Notes under the pieces: model-generated | Seen by the model: only the letters and a program-made list of their open reading frames with translations | The model's database searches: none | Told to the model about the DNA's origin: nothing | Assembly: GCA_043797085.1 (NCBI GenBank) | Contig: JAZDQA010000014.1 | Span: 64,001-128,000, forward strand | Reading direction: 5' to 3' | Source: Pseudomonadota bacterium | GTDB taxonomy: Bacteria > Campylobacterota > Campylobacteria > Campylobacterales > Sulfurimonadaceae | DNA length: 64,000 nucleotides | Position numbers and translations under genes: made by a program | In this document: piece after piece, positions 27,893-38,804 of the stretch | Layout: the number at the start of each line of letters is the position of its first letter | Position numbering within the stretch: the stretch's first letter is position 1

Positions 27893-29186
27893 GGACTATT
27901 CTCTTTTATACGTTGAAGACAACTCCGAAACGGCACGTGCATTTATCGGTGCATTTGCCGAGTATTTTAAAGCCGTATATGCGGCTAAAGATGGGGAAGA
28001 AGGATTGGCTCTTTTTGAAAAGAATTCTCCTGATATTGTTTTAACTGATATTCAGATGCCTAAAATAGGAGGGTTGGAGATGATTGCACGGATGCGTGAA
28101 TCCTCACCCAATATTCCCATTATCGTTAACTCCGCTTTCAGTGATACCCATTTGCTGCTTAAAGCGATCGCATTGCACGTCGATGACTACATTTTAAAAC
28201 CAACTAATCCGGTGCTTCTTTTGGGTACATTAAAAAAAATAGCCCGCGTTTTAACCCTTGAAAAAAAATTGGATGATTCGCATAAGATGATGCAAACTAT
28301 TATTGACGAAATCCCCGATCCCATCCTCTATATCTTGCCTGATTACACCGTAAGCATGATGAACAAAGCGGCAAAAGAGCTCAAGGGTGAGGGTACGGAC
28401 AAGATATTGCCACAATGTTATACTATTTCGAATCAGACGAACGGCGCGTGTACAAACGACCATAAAAACTGTCCTATAGATCATGTTTCCAACACAAAAC
28501 AGCCTTCTACCATTCGCCATATGCATACCGATAAACAGGGTAAAAAACATCATATAGACATTCATGCAAAACCAATTTTTGACAACGATGGAAATATTAT
28601 CGCCTATCTCGAAATTCGGCATGATATTAGCGCCTATTTGAACATTCAAAATCAATTGCTGAATGAAACAAAAAAATTAACCCATATCTCTATGCATGAT
28701 TCACTCACTCATCTGCCCAATCGTCGTCTTCTCGCGGATCGAATCAGTCATACAATCGAAAAGAAAAGTCGTTCAAATGAAATATTTGCACTCTTTTTTA
28801 TTGACTTGGATCATTTCAAAGAGATCAACGATTCACTGGGTCATTTGGTTGGGGATCAGCTTTTGGTGCAAGTAGCGAAACGAATACAAAAATCAATCCG
28901 AAAAGGGGACACCATCGCACGCAATGGAGGCGATGAATTTGTACTCATTGTCGATAACGAAGATTCTGGTCAGCATTTTATATCAGTTGCCGAAAAAATA
29001 TTAGAACTTTTTAAATCACCCTTCCCCATCAATCATGAAGAAGTTTTCAGTTCATGCAGTATCGGGATCAGTATTTATCCTAAAGACGGGAAAACCGTAG
29101 AGGAGTTACTCAAAAACTCCGATGCTGCTATGTACGACTCAAAACAAGCCGGACGGCATCAATTTTCTTTTTACTCTTCCAACTAA
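27885..29186 (+). CDS. Response regulator diguanylate cyclase (REC-PAS-GGDEF)
   Basis: REC YVED/LTDIQMP/LKP, Cys-containing PAS, I-site RKGD, RNGGDEF. Start at 27885 overlaps the kinase stop. Confidence 0.9.
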   Translation: MLKDYSLLYVEDNSETARAFIGAFAEYFKAVYAAKDGEEGLALFEKNSPDIVLTDIQMPKIGGLEMIARMRESSPNIPIIVNSAFSDTHLLLKAIALHVDDYILKPTNPVLLLGTLKKIARVLTLEKKLDDSHKMMQTIIDEIPDPILYILPDYTVSMMNKAAKELKGEGTDKILPQCYTISNQTNGACTNDHKNCPIDHVSNTKQPSTIRHMHTDKQGKKHHIDIHAKPIFDNDGNIIAYLEIRHDISAYLNIQNQLLNETKKLTHISMHDSLTHLPNRRLLADRISHTIEKKSRSNEIFALFFIDLDHFKEINDSLGHLVGDQLLVQVAKRIQKSIRKGDTIARNGGDEFVLIVDNEDSGQHFISVAEKILELFKSPFPINHEEVFSSCSIGISIYPKDGKTVEELLKNSDAAMYDSKQAGRHQFSFYSSN

Positions 29187-29245
29187 AAAGAATTGATGAT
29201 TTTTAAAGAATAGAGGGCGAAATAGCAGCAAGAGCTATCTCTTAA

Positions 29246-30847
29246 TTATGGGTTATTAGTAAAATAGTGCTTAACACCATCCATAATACCGCCTACCATC
29301 CACTTTTGGTATTTACCATCTGCAATACGAGCCGATTCATCCGGGTTACTGATATAGCCTATCTCCAGTAAAATTGCCGGCATTTGAGCTCCTACTAATA
29401 CCCAAAAAGGAGCTTCTCTTGCTCCATTATCTTTAATATTTGGATATTGTTTACGAAGATTATTTAAAACACCTTTTTGAATGTCAATGGCAAGTTTATT
29501 AGACGCAATAATTTTCTCACTGTTTAAGACGTTTAAAAAACTGAGCTTACCATAAGCACCCATTTCACTCATGTCTTCTGAGTTTTCTAACGCAGCAACA
29601 CGCATAGCCCGCTCACTTCGTCCGGGTGAGAGATAATATGTTTCAATACCATAGGCGGCATTGACATCCGAACCTTTAGGTATTGCATTGGCATGAACGG
29701 ATAAAAAAAGATCTGCCGATTTATCATTAGCAAATTTTGTTCGATCTTTGAGCTCAATAAAGGTATCGTTCGATCGAGTCATATGCACCGTATATCCCAT
29801 CGAGCGCAGTTCTTCATAAAGCTGAAGACTCACTTGCAATACGATGTCTTTTTCCATGTGTCCATTACCCGTAGCACCACTGTCTTTTCCACCATGTCCC
29901 GGGTCAATCACGATCACTTTTTTACTTCGATCACGAGGAGTAATACTGGTTAAAGGAGGTAAAGTTCCAATCAAAGCAGGGGGCTCTTGAATAATTGGAG
30001 GCTGCACTACTAATGTAGCTGGAGTCACTCCCTTAGTAGTCACTGGTAATGAAAGGTCAATATATACTGATTGACCTTTCATTGTTGGCTTTATCGCGAT
30101 GGCTTCGTTGTGTTCGATAACGATACGAAGTGTTTTAGAATCGTATTGCGCTAAACGAATTTTTTGAATCGAACTGTGCTCAAGTGTTTTGGTTTGCGAT
30201 AAGCTTCCGCCATCAATATCAATAATATAACGAAATCGCTGTTTATCCGCCTCAATTATTTTAGAAAGACGAATTTCATTGGCTTCTACTTTTGAATCAA
30301 ACGTCAACTCTATACCCGTATCTTTCCATTGTGTATCCAATAAACGATGACGTTTCAGCAGTTCCATTTCATTGACAGTTTTAAGAATCATAGGTTTTTT
30401 AATGAGTTCTTCTTTTGTTGGTGTCAAGAAATCAGGAATGTTAGTGCTGGGCAGCGGAATTGAAGTTTTTAGATATTCTTTTGGAAACACAAGCGGTTTT
30501 TGCGTGGGGTCAATGGGAGTTGGAATTGCTGCCGCAACAACAAAAGTATTTTGGGCGATGGCAGGAGAAGAAAACTTTGTCAGCTCGGTTTTATACCGAG
30601 TAACGTCGATTCGTAAAAGCTCTCCTCCCTTTACAATCCCTTCTAATGCTTCTTTTTCTAAAGCACTGTTTTTGGTTTGTATTGCTTTGAGATAAATGCT
30701 TTTAGACTCATTGTATCCTCGAAACTGCTCTATTTCATCATTGCTAGTCAGTGCTTTTTTAGCTTTTTCTAACCGTGTACTATCATCGTTAACTCCCAGT
30801 AACAGCGATACTGAAAGAAGTAATAAAAAAATAATTTGTTTTAACAT
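29246..30847 (-). CDS. amiA: N-acetylmuramoyl-L-alanine amidase
   Basis: IDPGHGGKD, SVHAN, LLEIGY; N-terminal AMIN-like region; conserved position after tyrS-fabX. Confidence 0.93.
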   Translation of the reverse strand: MLKQIIFLLLLSVSLLLGVNDDSTRLEKAKKALTSNDEIEQFRGYNESKSIYLKAIQTKNSALEKEALEGIVKGGELLRIDVTRYKTELTKFSSPAIAQNTFVVAAAIPTPIDPTQKPLVFPKEYLKTSIPLPSTNIPDFLTPTKEELIKKPMILKTVNEMELLKRHRLLDTQWKDTGIELTFDSKVEANEIRLSKIIEADKQRFRYIIDIDGGSLSQTKTLEHSSIQKIRLAQYDSKTLRIVIEHNEAIAIKPTMKGQSVYIDLSLPVTTKGVTPATLVVQPPIIQEPPALIGTLPPLTSITPRDRSKKVIVIDPGHGGKDSGATGNGHMEKDIVLQVSLQLYEELRSMGYTVHMTRSNDTFIELKDRTKFANDKSADLFLSVHANAIPKGSDVNAAYGIETYYLSPGRSERAMRVAALENSEDMSEMGAYGKLSFLNVLNSEKIIASNKLAIDIQKGVLNNLRKQYPNIKDNGAREAPFWVLVGAQMPAILLEIGYISNPDESARIADGKYQKWMVGGIMDGVKHYFTNNP

Positions 30848-30853
30848 ACGATA

Positions 30854-31945
30854 TTATTCACCCTGCGTCAACTCGGCCATCAACTCTTTGACGGAGATTA
30901 TCTTCTCAATACGGTAACCATTCGTTCCCGAAAAGAAAAGACCAAAATCTAAATTTCCAAAATAAGCATCACTAAGACGATCGGCAATACAAAAGCCAAC
31001 CTCTTTTGCTTCAACACCTCTATGGCACGGAGCAACACAGTTTGAGATACATTTAATGGCAGGACCCGTACGTGTGTCAATAAGACCATGCAAATTGGTA
31101 CGAACACCGCGAGCAGGATAACCCACAGGAGATTTCATCAAAGTGATATCTTCTTCTTTAGCATCAAGCAGAACTTGCTTGAAATTATCATGCGCATCAC
31201 ATTCAAAAGTACCGATGAAACGGGTTCCCATTTGAACGCCGGATGCACCCAATGCCATCATTTCATCAATGTCCGATTTGTTCCACACACCACCGGCGGC
31301 TATAACAGGAATATTACCCCATAATGCAGCTTCTTCAACAACCGGTTTTACCAAGTTTTCAAGCTGATACTCATCCATCGCGCATTGCTCATAGGTAAAA
31401 CCTTGATGACCGCCACTTTTAGGACCTTCAAGAATAACGGCGTCAGGAAGGCGGTTATAGCGTTTTTGCCATCGCTTGCAGATAATTGAAAGCGCTTTAG
31501 GAGAAGAGATAATCGGGACGAGTGCAACATCAGGATAATCAGCCGTAAACTCAGGCATATTCGTTGGCAATCCGGCACCCGTGATGATAATATTCGCACC
31601 CGCTTCACATGCATCCGTAACTACCCGACCGTAATCATTAATAGCGTACAAAACGTTACATGCCAACGGAGCATCACCACAGATTTTACGAGCATTTTCG
31701 AAAATAGCGATAAGTCCTTTTCGAGAATAAAAGTTTTCTGCTTCCAAGGGACGACCTGCAACAAGTCTATCTGAATAACTTTTGTCTCCGTAGTTTCCAG
31801 TTCCTACCGAACTAATAACTCCAAGACCACCCTCAAGAGAAACGTTTCCAGCGAGTCTATCCCAACTGATTCCAACACCCATACCACCTTGAACGATGGG
31901 AACTGGGATAGTATATTTACCGATTTGAAGTGGTTTAAAACTCAT
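30854..31945 (-). CDS. fabX: Nitronate monooxygenase family flavoprotein (FabX-like)
   Basis: QGGMGVGIS, GGHQG, QMGTRF, C-terminal CISNCVAPC...CI cluster motif. Confidence 0.8.
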   Translation of the reverse strand: MSFKPLQIGKYTIPVPIVQGGMGVGISWDRLAGNVSLEGGLGVISSVGTGNYGDKSYSDRLVAGRPLEAENFYSRKGLIAIFENARKICGDAPLACNVLYAINDYGRVVTDACEAGANIIITGAGLPTNMPEFTADYPDVALVPIISSPKALSIICKRWQKRYNRLPDAVILEGPKSGGHQGFTYEQCAMDEYQLENLVKPVVEEAALWGNIPVIAAGGVWNKSDIDEMMALGASGVQMGTRFIGTFECDAHDNFKQVLLDAKEEDITLMKSPVGYPARGVRTNLHGLIDTRTGPAIKCISNCVAPCHRGVEAKEVGFCIADRLSDAYFGNLDFGLFFSGTNGYRIEKIISVKELMAELTQGE

Positions 31946-33156
31946 TAGGACACCTTTATTCTGGCAAATTTTCGTTTGCCGATTTGCACAACGTACTCAC
32001 CTGCATTTAACTGCAACTGCTCATCGTCTACTTTTTCTTGGTTAATTTTAACAGAGCCTTGCTTAATGTCGCGACGTGCCTGTGATGTAGATGGGGTAAG
32101 TGAAGACTCAGTAAGAACTTTTGCTATCCAAACCGGTCCTTCAAATGTATATTCATCCATTTCAGTAGGAATCTCGCTTTGAGCATGAACACGCTGAAAC
32201 TCTTCAGCTGCACTCACAGCTTCTGCCATTGTATGAAAACGAGCCGTAATCTCAAGAGCCAACGTCTCTTTTACTTTTTTTGGATGCAAGGAACCATCTG
32301 CTACACCCAATTTTAATGCTTCGATTTCACTTAGACTTAGCGTGCTGAGAAGCTCAAAATATCTCCACATCAACGTATCACTGACACTGAGAATCTTGCC
32401 ATACATATCGTTAGGGGCATCCGCAACTGCGATGTAATTGCCCAAGCTTTTGGACATTTTAGCAACGCCGTCAAGCCCTTCGAGAATCGGCATCATTAAG
32501 ACAGCTTGTTCTTTACCCACTTGATATGCACGTTGCAAATGACGTCCCATCAAAAGATTGAATTTTTGATCCGTTCCGCCGATTTCGATATCGCTTTTGA
32601 GGTGAACGCTGTCATAGCCTTGGAGAAGTGGGTATAAAAACTCACTGATGGAGATCGAAATCCCCGCTTTATGGCGTTTGTCAAAATCATCACGCTCTAA
32701 CATACGCGCAACATTAAACGTCGTGGTAAGCTCCAGCATTCCGGCAGCTCCCAGCGGATTAATCCAATCCGCATTAAAAACGACGGTGGTTTGTTCAGGA
32801 TTGAGAATTTTAAAGACTTGGGTTTTATAACTTTGCGCATTTTCCTCGATTTGAGCCGGAAGCAATTTTTTGCGCGTTTCACTTTTACCCGTCGGATCAC
32901 CGATTTGAGCGGTAAAATCACCAATCAAAAATTGAATATGTGCGCCGTATTTTTGAAACGCAGCCAATTTTTGAAGCAAAACCGTATGCCCTAAATGTAA
33001 ATCGGGAGCGGTCGGGTCAAATCCCGCTTTGACGGTATACGTTTCCCCTTTTTCAAAAAAACTTTTTAATAAAACTACGATGCGAGCTTCATCAATAATT
33101 TCAGCTGTTCCTCGTTTAATTTCTTCTAATGCTTCATGTATCTTTTGATCTATCAT
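31945..33156 (-). CDS. tyrS: Tyrosine-tRNA ligase
   Basis: GFDPTAPDLHLGH, KMSKS, C-terminal S4 domain. Confidence 0.98.
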   Translation of the reverse strand: MIDQKIHEALEEIKRGTAEIIDEARIVVLLKSFFEKGETYTVKAGFDPTAPDLHLGHTVLLQKLAAFQKYGAHIQFLIGDFTAQIGDPTGKSETRKKLLPAQIEENAQSYKTQVFKILNPEQTTVVFNADWINPLGAAGMLELTTTFNVARMLERDDFDKRHKAGISISISEFLYPLLQGYDSVHLKSDIEIGGTDQKFNLLMGRHLQRAYQVGKEQAVLMMPILEGLDGVAKMSKSLGNYIAVADAPNDMYGKILSVSDTLMWRYFELLSTLSLSEIEALKLGVADGSLHPKKVKETLALEITARFHTMAEAVSAAEEFQRVHAQSEIPTEMDEYTFEGPVWIAKVLTESSLTPSTSQARRDIKQGSVKINQEKVDDEQLQLNAGEYVVQIGKRKFARIKVS

Positions 33157-33159
33157 TTT

Positions 33160-35325
33160 TTATCCTTGGCTTCGGTACGCATCATCGGTCCGAAAAAATT
33201 GTATTATTTTCCCTTTTTTATCGAGTTTTGAACGCAGTCGGTTTAAATCCCGTTCTAACGTTTGAAACTCCATTTCACAGTATTGAGTATGCTCTGATTT
33301 TGCTTTTCCCAGTTCTATACTTTCTATATCAGCCCCCATCTTTGCCATATACGTTAATAAATCTGCAAGTGAGCCTTTCGCGTTTGCCATACTGATAATC
33401 AAATGGTATCGGCTAAAATGCTGCTGTTTCCACTGGACAAACACCATTGGCTGATGATCATCAATCATCCCTGCCGCATGTTTGCACATCTTATGATGAA
33501 TATGCGCTTTTCCGTCTTGATAAAATGCAACAATCTCATCTCCTGATTTAGGATGACAGCAATAATCAAAAACTGCATCCGAAATATTTTGGTTGGACAG
33601 TACCTCAATCGAGCTAAAAAGAAAAGGTTTGAGTTTGAAACGATCTCTCGTCCAAAATGCTCCAAAACGGCTGCTTTCTTGCATTGCTTCTTTAATCCGG
33701 TTAAGCACTTCTTTGAAAAAATCAAGCTCACGAGGAATGCGATACCATTGCTCTGAAAGCTCTACTTTTTCTAAAACTTCTGCCACTTTATCCGCAGGCA
33801 AACGAAGAACCGTCGATAAAATATTCACACCGCTGTCATGATCTATTGCCCGTATGCGTCCATTACAATTGGCTCGCATACTTGATTTTGCACGTGAAGT
33901 TTTTACTGCATCGATCCATGTGCAACGGGTGATTTTTTTACTGTCGGATGCGGTAACGATTCTAACCACATCACCGTTATGCAATTCTGTTAAAAGGCTG
34001 GCTTTTTCTTTGTTTATCAAACACCCTTCCGCTTTGTCTCCGACAGCCGTATGAACAGCATAGGCAAAATCAAGCGCCACTGCTCCGCGAGGGAGTGTAA
34101 ACGCTTTTCCTTTAGGTGAAAAGACTGAAATATCATCACTGTAAAGATCATTTTTGATCAATTCATAAAATGCTTCGACTGATTCATTTTGATACTGAAG
34201 ATTATGCAGCCAATCGAGATTTATGGCATTATTCCCGCCGCTTTTATATTTCCAATGTGCAGCAACACCGAGTTCCGCCGTCGCATGCATCTCAATCGTA
34301 CGAATCTGAACCTCGAAAATAGCGCTCTCATCAAAAACCGTCGTATGAAGGGTCTGATAACCGTTCTCTTTTGGGATGGAAATATAGTCTTTAAATCGTG
34401 CGCTCAAAGGCTGAAAATTGAGATGAACCATTCCAAGAACTTTATAACAATCTATGGGGTCTTTGACCAAAATACGAACCGCCAAAAGATCAAGAATCTC
34501 ATCGATACTGATCCCTTTTCGCTGCATTTTAAGATAAATAGAGTAGTGATGCTTTACACGGCTGAGTATCTCGAAATCATCTTGACACATTCCGTTGGAG
34601 AGTAAAATCTGTGTTAATTTTTCACAAAACTCACCGAGTCTTTCGTTGATAGAACGAAAATTTTCTTCCAAATAACTCTCGATAGCCAGCTTGTCTTCGG
34701 TAAAAAGATATTTAAAACTCAAATCTTCCAAAAGATTTTTTAGAAAAGAGATCCCCAGACGGTGAGCGATCGGAGCATAAACGACCAATGTTTCTTCTGC
34801 GATACGATGCTGTTTAGCAGGTGTCAGAGCATCAAGCGTGAGCATATTGTGAAGTCTGTCACACAGCTTAACGACCAATACACGAACGTCTTCGATGGAG
34901 GCAAGAAGCATCTTGCGAAAGGTTAAAGCAGAAACGACCAGTTTTTGATCGGAGTGAGAGGGGATAAGTTCCGCATCACGAATCATATCGATTTTTGTCA
35001 ATCCCTCCACTAAATGGGCGACATCTGATCCGTAATCAAAGCCAATTTCTTCAATCGTAATGATCGTATCTTCCACGACATCATGCAATAACGCTGCAAT
35101 CACCATCGCTTCATCACCGGTAAGCTCAGCAACGATACTTGCAACTAATATAGGATGAACGATGTAAGGCTCGCCGCTTTTACGGCATTGACCATCATGG
35201 GCATCAGAAGCTAAAGTAAAGGCTTGTTCAAGAAGGGGTGACGAAGTAATACGAGCACGAAGATATGCAATTGCACTCTCCGCATCATTGATTTTTTTGA
35301 TGCTTTCAATATCTATCTGGCTCAA
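33160..35325 (-). CDS. spoT: Bifunctional (p)ppGpp synthetase/hydrolase
   Basis: HD domain (LHDVVED), synthetase (NGYQTLHT, EVQIRT), TGS and ACT domains. Confidence 0.96.
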   Translation of the reverse strand: MSQIDIESIKKINDAESAIAYLRARITSSPLLEQAFTLASDAHDGQCRKSGEPYIVHPILVASIVAELTGDEAMVIAALLHDVVEDTIITIEEIGFDYGSDVAHLVEGLTKIDMIRDAELIPSHSDQKLVVSALTFRKMLLASIEDVRVLVVKLCDRLHNMLTLDALTPAKQHRIAEETLVVYAPIAHRLGISFLKNLLEDLSFKYLFTEDKLAIESYLEENFRSINERLGEFCEKLTQILLSNGMCQDDFEILSRVKHHYSIYLKMQRKGISIDEILDLLAVRILVKDPIDCYKVLGMVHLNFQPLSARFKDYISIPKENGYQTLHTTVFDESAIFEVQIRTIEMHATAELGVAAHWKYKSGGNNAINLDWLHNLQYQNESVEAFYELIKNDLYSDDISVFSPKGKAFTLPRGAVALDFAYAVHTAVGDKAEGCLINKEKASLLTELHNGDVVRIVTASDSKKITRCTWIDAVKTSRAKSSMRANCNGRIRAIDHDSGVNILSTVLRLPADKVAEVLEKVELSEQWYRIPRELDFFKEVLNRIKEAMQESSRFGAFWTRDRFKLKPFLFSSIEVLSNQNISDAVFDYCCHPKSGDEIVAFYQDGKAHIHHKMCKHAAGMIDDHQPMVFVQWKQQHFSRYHLIISMANAKGSLADLLTYMAKMGADIESIELGKAKSEHTQYCEMEFQTLERDLNRLRSKLDKKGKIIQFFRTDDAYRSQG

Positions 35326-35346
35326 TAATGCGGCTTTGTGAGGAAA

Positions 35347-35562
35347 TTACGCTTTGTCTACGAAACCTTTGATGGTAATGTGCCCTTCAGCAATTTCCAT
35401 CAAAGCAACATCCGCAGCTTTTGCTTTTTTCAAATCAACATTAAGCTTTGTTGATGCACCGTTTTGAAGTTGCTCTGAGCGCTTTGCTACGGCTAATGCC
35501 AACTGATAACGGTCAATGTTTGCAGTCTCTAGTGCTTTTGCAGTTAATTGTTCAAGTCTCAT
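35347..35562 (-). CDS. rpoZ: RNA polymerase omega subunit
   Basis: DRYQLALAVAKR, ALMEIAEG; lies between pyrH and spoT. Confidence 0.93.
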   Translation of the reverse strand: MRLEQLTAKALETANIDRYQLALAVAKRSEQLQNGASTKLNVDLKKAKAADVALMEIAEGHITIKGFVDKA

Positions 35563-35579
35563 TAAATTTCCTTTTAGGT

Positions 35580-36299
<720 letters not shown>

Positions 36300-36383
36300 T
36301 CATCATTATTGTAGGTATTGTACTTTATTGTCGCTTTAAGGTTGCTTTGACTAAGATTTGATTTTATCGGGCAAAGGAAATAC

Positions 36384-37703
36384 GTGAACTTTTTGACCTT
36401 TTTTGAGAAATGGTGGAGTCATGTCAAACCATTAACACCTCCACATTACGGCAGAAGTATTCACGCCCTTCCCAATCCAAAAGAACAAGAACTTTTTGAT
36501 TTATCCGCAATCGCATTTAGCGCAAATGACGTACTGCTGGGATATCGCACATTTTTAGAATCACTGCAACACTCTGATGATTCAAAACACTTGGAAATCA
36601 TGAAAAGCGCCAACGTAATTACGTTTAAGCTCATGCAAGGAAGCGCGATTATTCATGGTGAGGTAACCGAAAAAACATTTAAAGCGTATGCCAAAATCGC
36701 CAGGGCATCATCCCTTCATGTTGCCATGAAAAGACGATTTTTGGAACGTAATTTTCAGCTCACGTATTGTCGTTTCAATCAAAAGGATGACACGCTCTCT
36801 TTAAATCTTGAGATACACAATACCACGATCACCCCGCAAAAAATCTTTTTCCCTTTGCGAGAACTTGCCCTTAATGCTGATTTCGAAAAAGAGTTTATTT
36901 CCAGTGAATTTGATGTATCAGCACTGCTTGAATATGACCATATCACCCCTCTTAGCCTCCCTAAACTTCATCGATATTACAACACCATGCACAAATGGAT
37001 ATCAACAACCAAATCAAGTTTAGTCGGATTGCTTTCCAACGACAACAGCGGTATGGCATCCTTTAGCTATCTTGCACTGTTACTGCAAATCGATTATCTC
37101 CTCATTCCCCATAAAAAAATGGCAAAAGAGATCAATGAAAAAATCAATACCTATTTCATGGAGGATGAAAAACTAACTCAGGATAAAAACAGCGATTTGG
37201 AGAGCTATCTGGATGAACTTGAAACCATGAGCTTTGAGACATTTTCCACACAGTTCTACAGTGCCCCGACAACTTTTTCACCCTTTGATCAAGCAATGCA
37301 CGATGATATTGCGGAATTTATTGACGAATCGTTAGCCAAAGTGCGCTGGTACAAAAACAACCATGTCAATTACGTTATTACCACGATTTACCGCTATATT
37401 GCTCTGTACATTCTCTTCAACTACGGCGTCCATCCCTCTCTTCGCGCATTACTGCATCTGCACGTTCAAATCTATGCTTCGGATTTTTTCGCCGACGAGG
37501 GTGAAATTATCCTCTATGACAGCTCACGAAAACTCTTTCAAAAAGAATCCATTTCAAATGCCATTGATGCGGCACTGTCACCTTATCAAAATCGTTACAA
37601 AAATCTTCATAACTTTGCAAAAAAACTTAATTACAGCGATCTTGATCACTTCAGCCAAAGCTTCTATCTCCAAATCAAAAATCTTGATTATCAGGAACTT
37701 TAG
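36384..37703 (+). CDS. Hypothetical protein, possible YbjN-like N-terminal domain
   Basis: 439 aa, RBS AAGGA before a GTG start; 'RRFLERNFQLTYCRF' resembles the YbjN/CesT-type segment. Confidence 0.7.
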   Translation: MNFLTFFEKWWSHVKPLTPPHYGRSIHALPNPKEQELFDLSAIAFSANDVLLGYRTFLESLQHSDDSKHLEIMKSANVITFKLMQGSAIIHGEVTEKTFKAYAKIARASSLHVAMKRRFLERNFQLTYCRFNQKDDTLSLNLEIHNTTITPQKIFFPLRELALNADFEKEFISSEFDVSALLEYDHITPLSLPKLHRYYNTMHKWISTTKSSLVGLLSNDNSGMASFSYLALLLQIDYLLIPHKKMAKEINEKINTYFMEDEKLTQDKNSDLESYLDELETMSFETFSTQFYSAPTTFSPFDQAMHDDIAEFIDESLAKVRWYKNNHVNYVITTIYRYIALYILFNYGVHPSLRALLHLHVQIYASDFFADEGEIILYDSSRKLFQKESISNAIDAALSPYQNRYKNLHNFAKKLNYSDLDHFSQSFYLQIKNLDYQEL

Positions 37704-37706
37704 AAA

Positions 37707-38804
37707 ATGAAACAGCTCACCCAAAAAACACTGGAAACATCCATCGAAAGCATCGTACAAATCATGACTCCCTACGCAACGGGCAGCGGTTTTATCATCG
37801 GTGATTTAATTATTACCAATTCTCACGTTGTCGGGGGTTTGAAAGAGGTGATTATTAGTACGAAAACGATTCCTCGTACCATTGGTGAAGTTATTTATGA
37901 TGATGCGGGATATGATTTGGCATTTATTCGATCGCCTGTACCATTGCTTCCCAATCATCCATTAACCCTTTGCACCGGCTCCATTAACGATGGGGATACG
38001 GTTATCGCTATCGGTCATCCTTATGGTCTTAATTACTCCACCACCGAGGGAATTATCTCCAAAGCGATACGGTTGCAAGGAGAGACAGAATACATCCAAT
38101 TCGACGCCGCCATCAATCCCGGAAACAGCGGAGGACCCTTACTGAGTGAATCGGGTGAAGTCATAGGGGTCAACACTTTTATCATTCAAAACTCGAACAA
38201 TCTAGGCTTTGCCCTCCCCTATTATCTCCTACAAGAAGCATTAGATGGATTTTTAGCCCTTGCTGCTATCGATATTATTCGTTGTGTATCGTGTAAAAAT
38301 TTAATCCTTGAATCCTCAATACAAAATGATTATTGCCCAAAATGCGGTATTAAACTCGATGTTGCCAAGCGCCGACGAGAAGGGTACAAACCATCGGGAG
38401 TTGTTGCATTACTCGAAAAGATACTGGGGAAACTGGGGATTAATGTCACGCTCTCAAGACGCAGTCAAAGAAGTTGGAGATTTGAGTCAGGAACCTCCCG
38501 TTTTGACATCAATTATTACGATAATGGGGTCATCATTGCAGAGTGTGAAGTGTGTCGAATACCACAAGAAAATATTGAACGTTTGTACGATTTTTTACTA
38601 AGTGAGAACGGTAATTTAGAAAACTTACGCCTAGCAATCGATCAAAACAGTATTTATCTCTCCTATGTTATTATCGATACTTCCCTAACACAAGAAGAAG
38701 GGGAGCACACCCTAGAAACACTTTACAATCTCGCTCCGGAATATCAAAAAAATCTTATTAATAATTTCAAAGCACTGGAACCGAAGTTTGATGAGTTTGA
38801 ATAA
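37707..38804 (+). CDS. Trypsin-like serine protease with zinc ribbon and YbjN-like C-terminal domain
   Basis: TGSGF, TNSHVV (H), YDLA (D), INPGNSGGP (S); CVSC...CPKC; no PDZ domain or signal peptide. Confidence 0.85.
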   Translation: MKQLTQKTLETSIESIVQIMTPYATGSGFIIGDLIITNSHVVGGLKEVIISTKTIPRTIGEVIYDDAGYDLAFIRSPVPLLPNHPLTLCTGSINDGDTVIAIGHPYGLNYSTTEGIISKAIRLQGETEYIQFDAAINPGNSGGPLLSESGEVIGVNTFIIQNSNNLGFALPYYLLQEALDGFLALAAIDIIRCVSCKNLILESSIQNDYCPKCGIKLDVAKRRREGYKPSGVVALLEKILGKLGINVTLSRRSQRSWRFESGTSRFDINYYDNGVIIAECEVCRIPQENIERLYDFLLSENGNLENLRLAIDQNSIYLSYVIIDTSLTQEEGEHTLETLYNLAPEYQKNLINNFKALEPKFDEFE

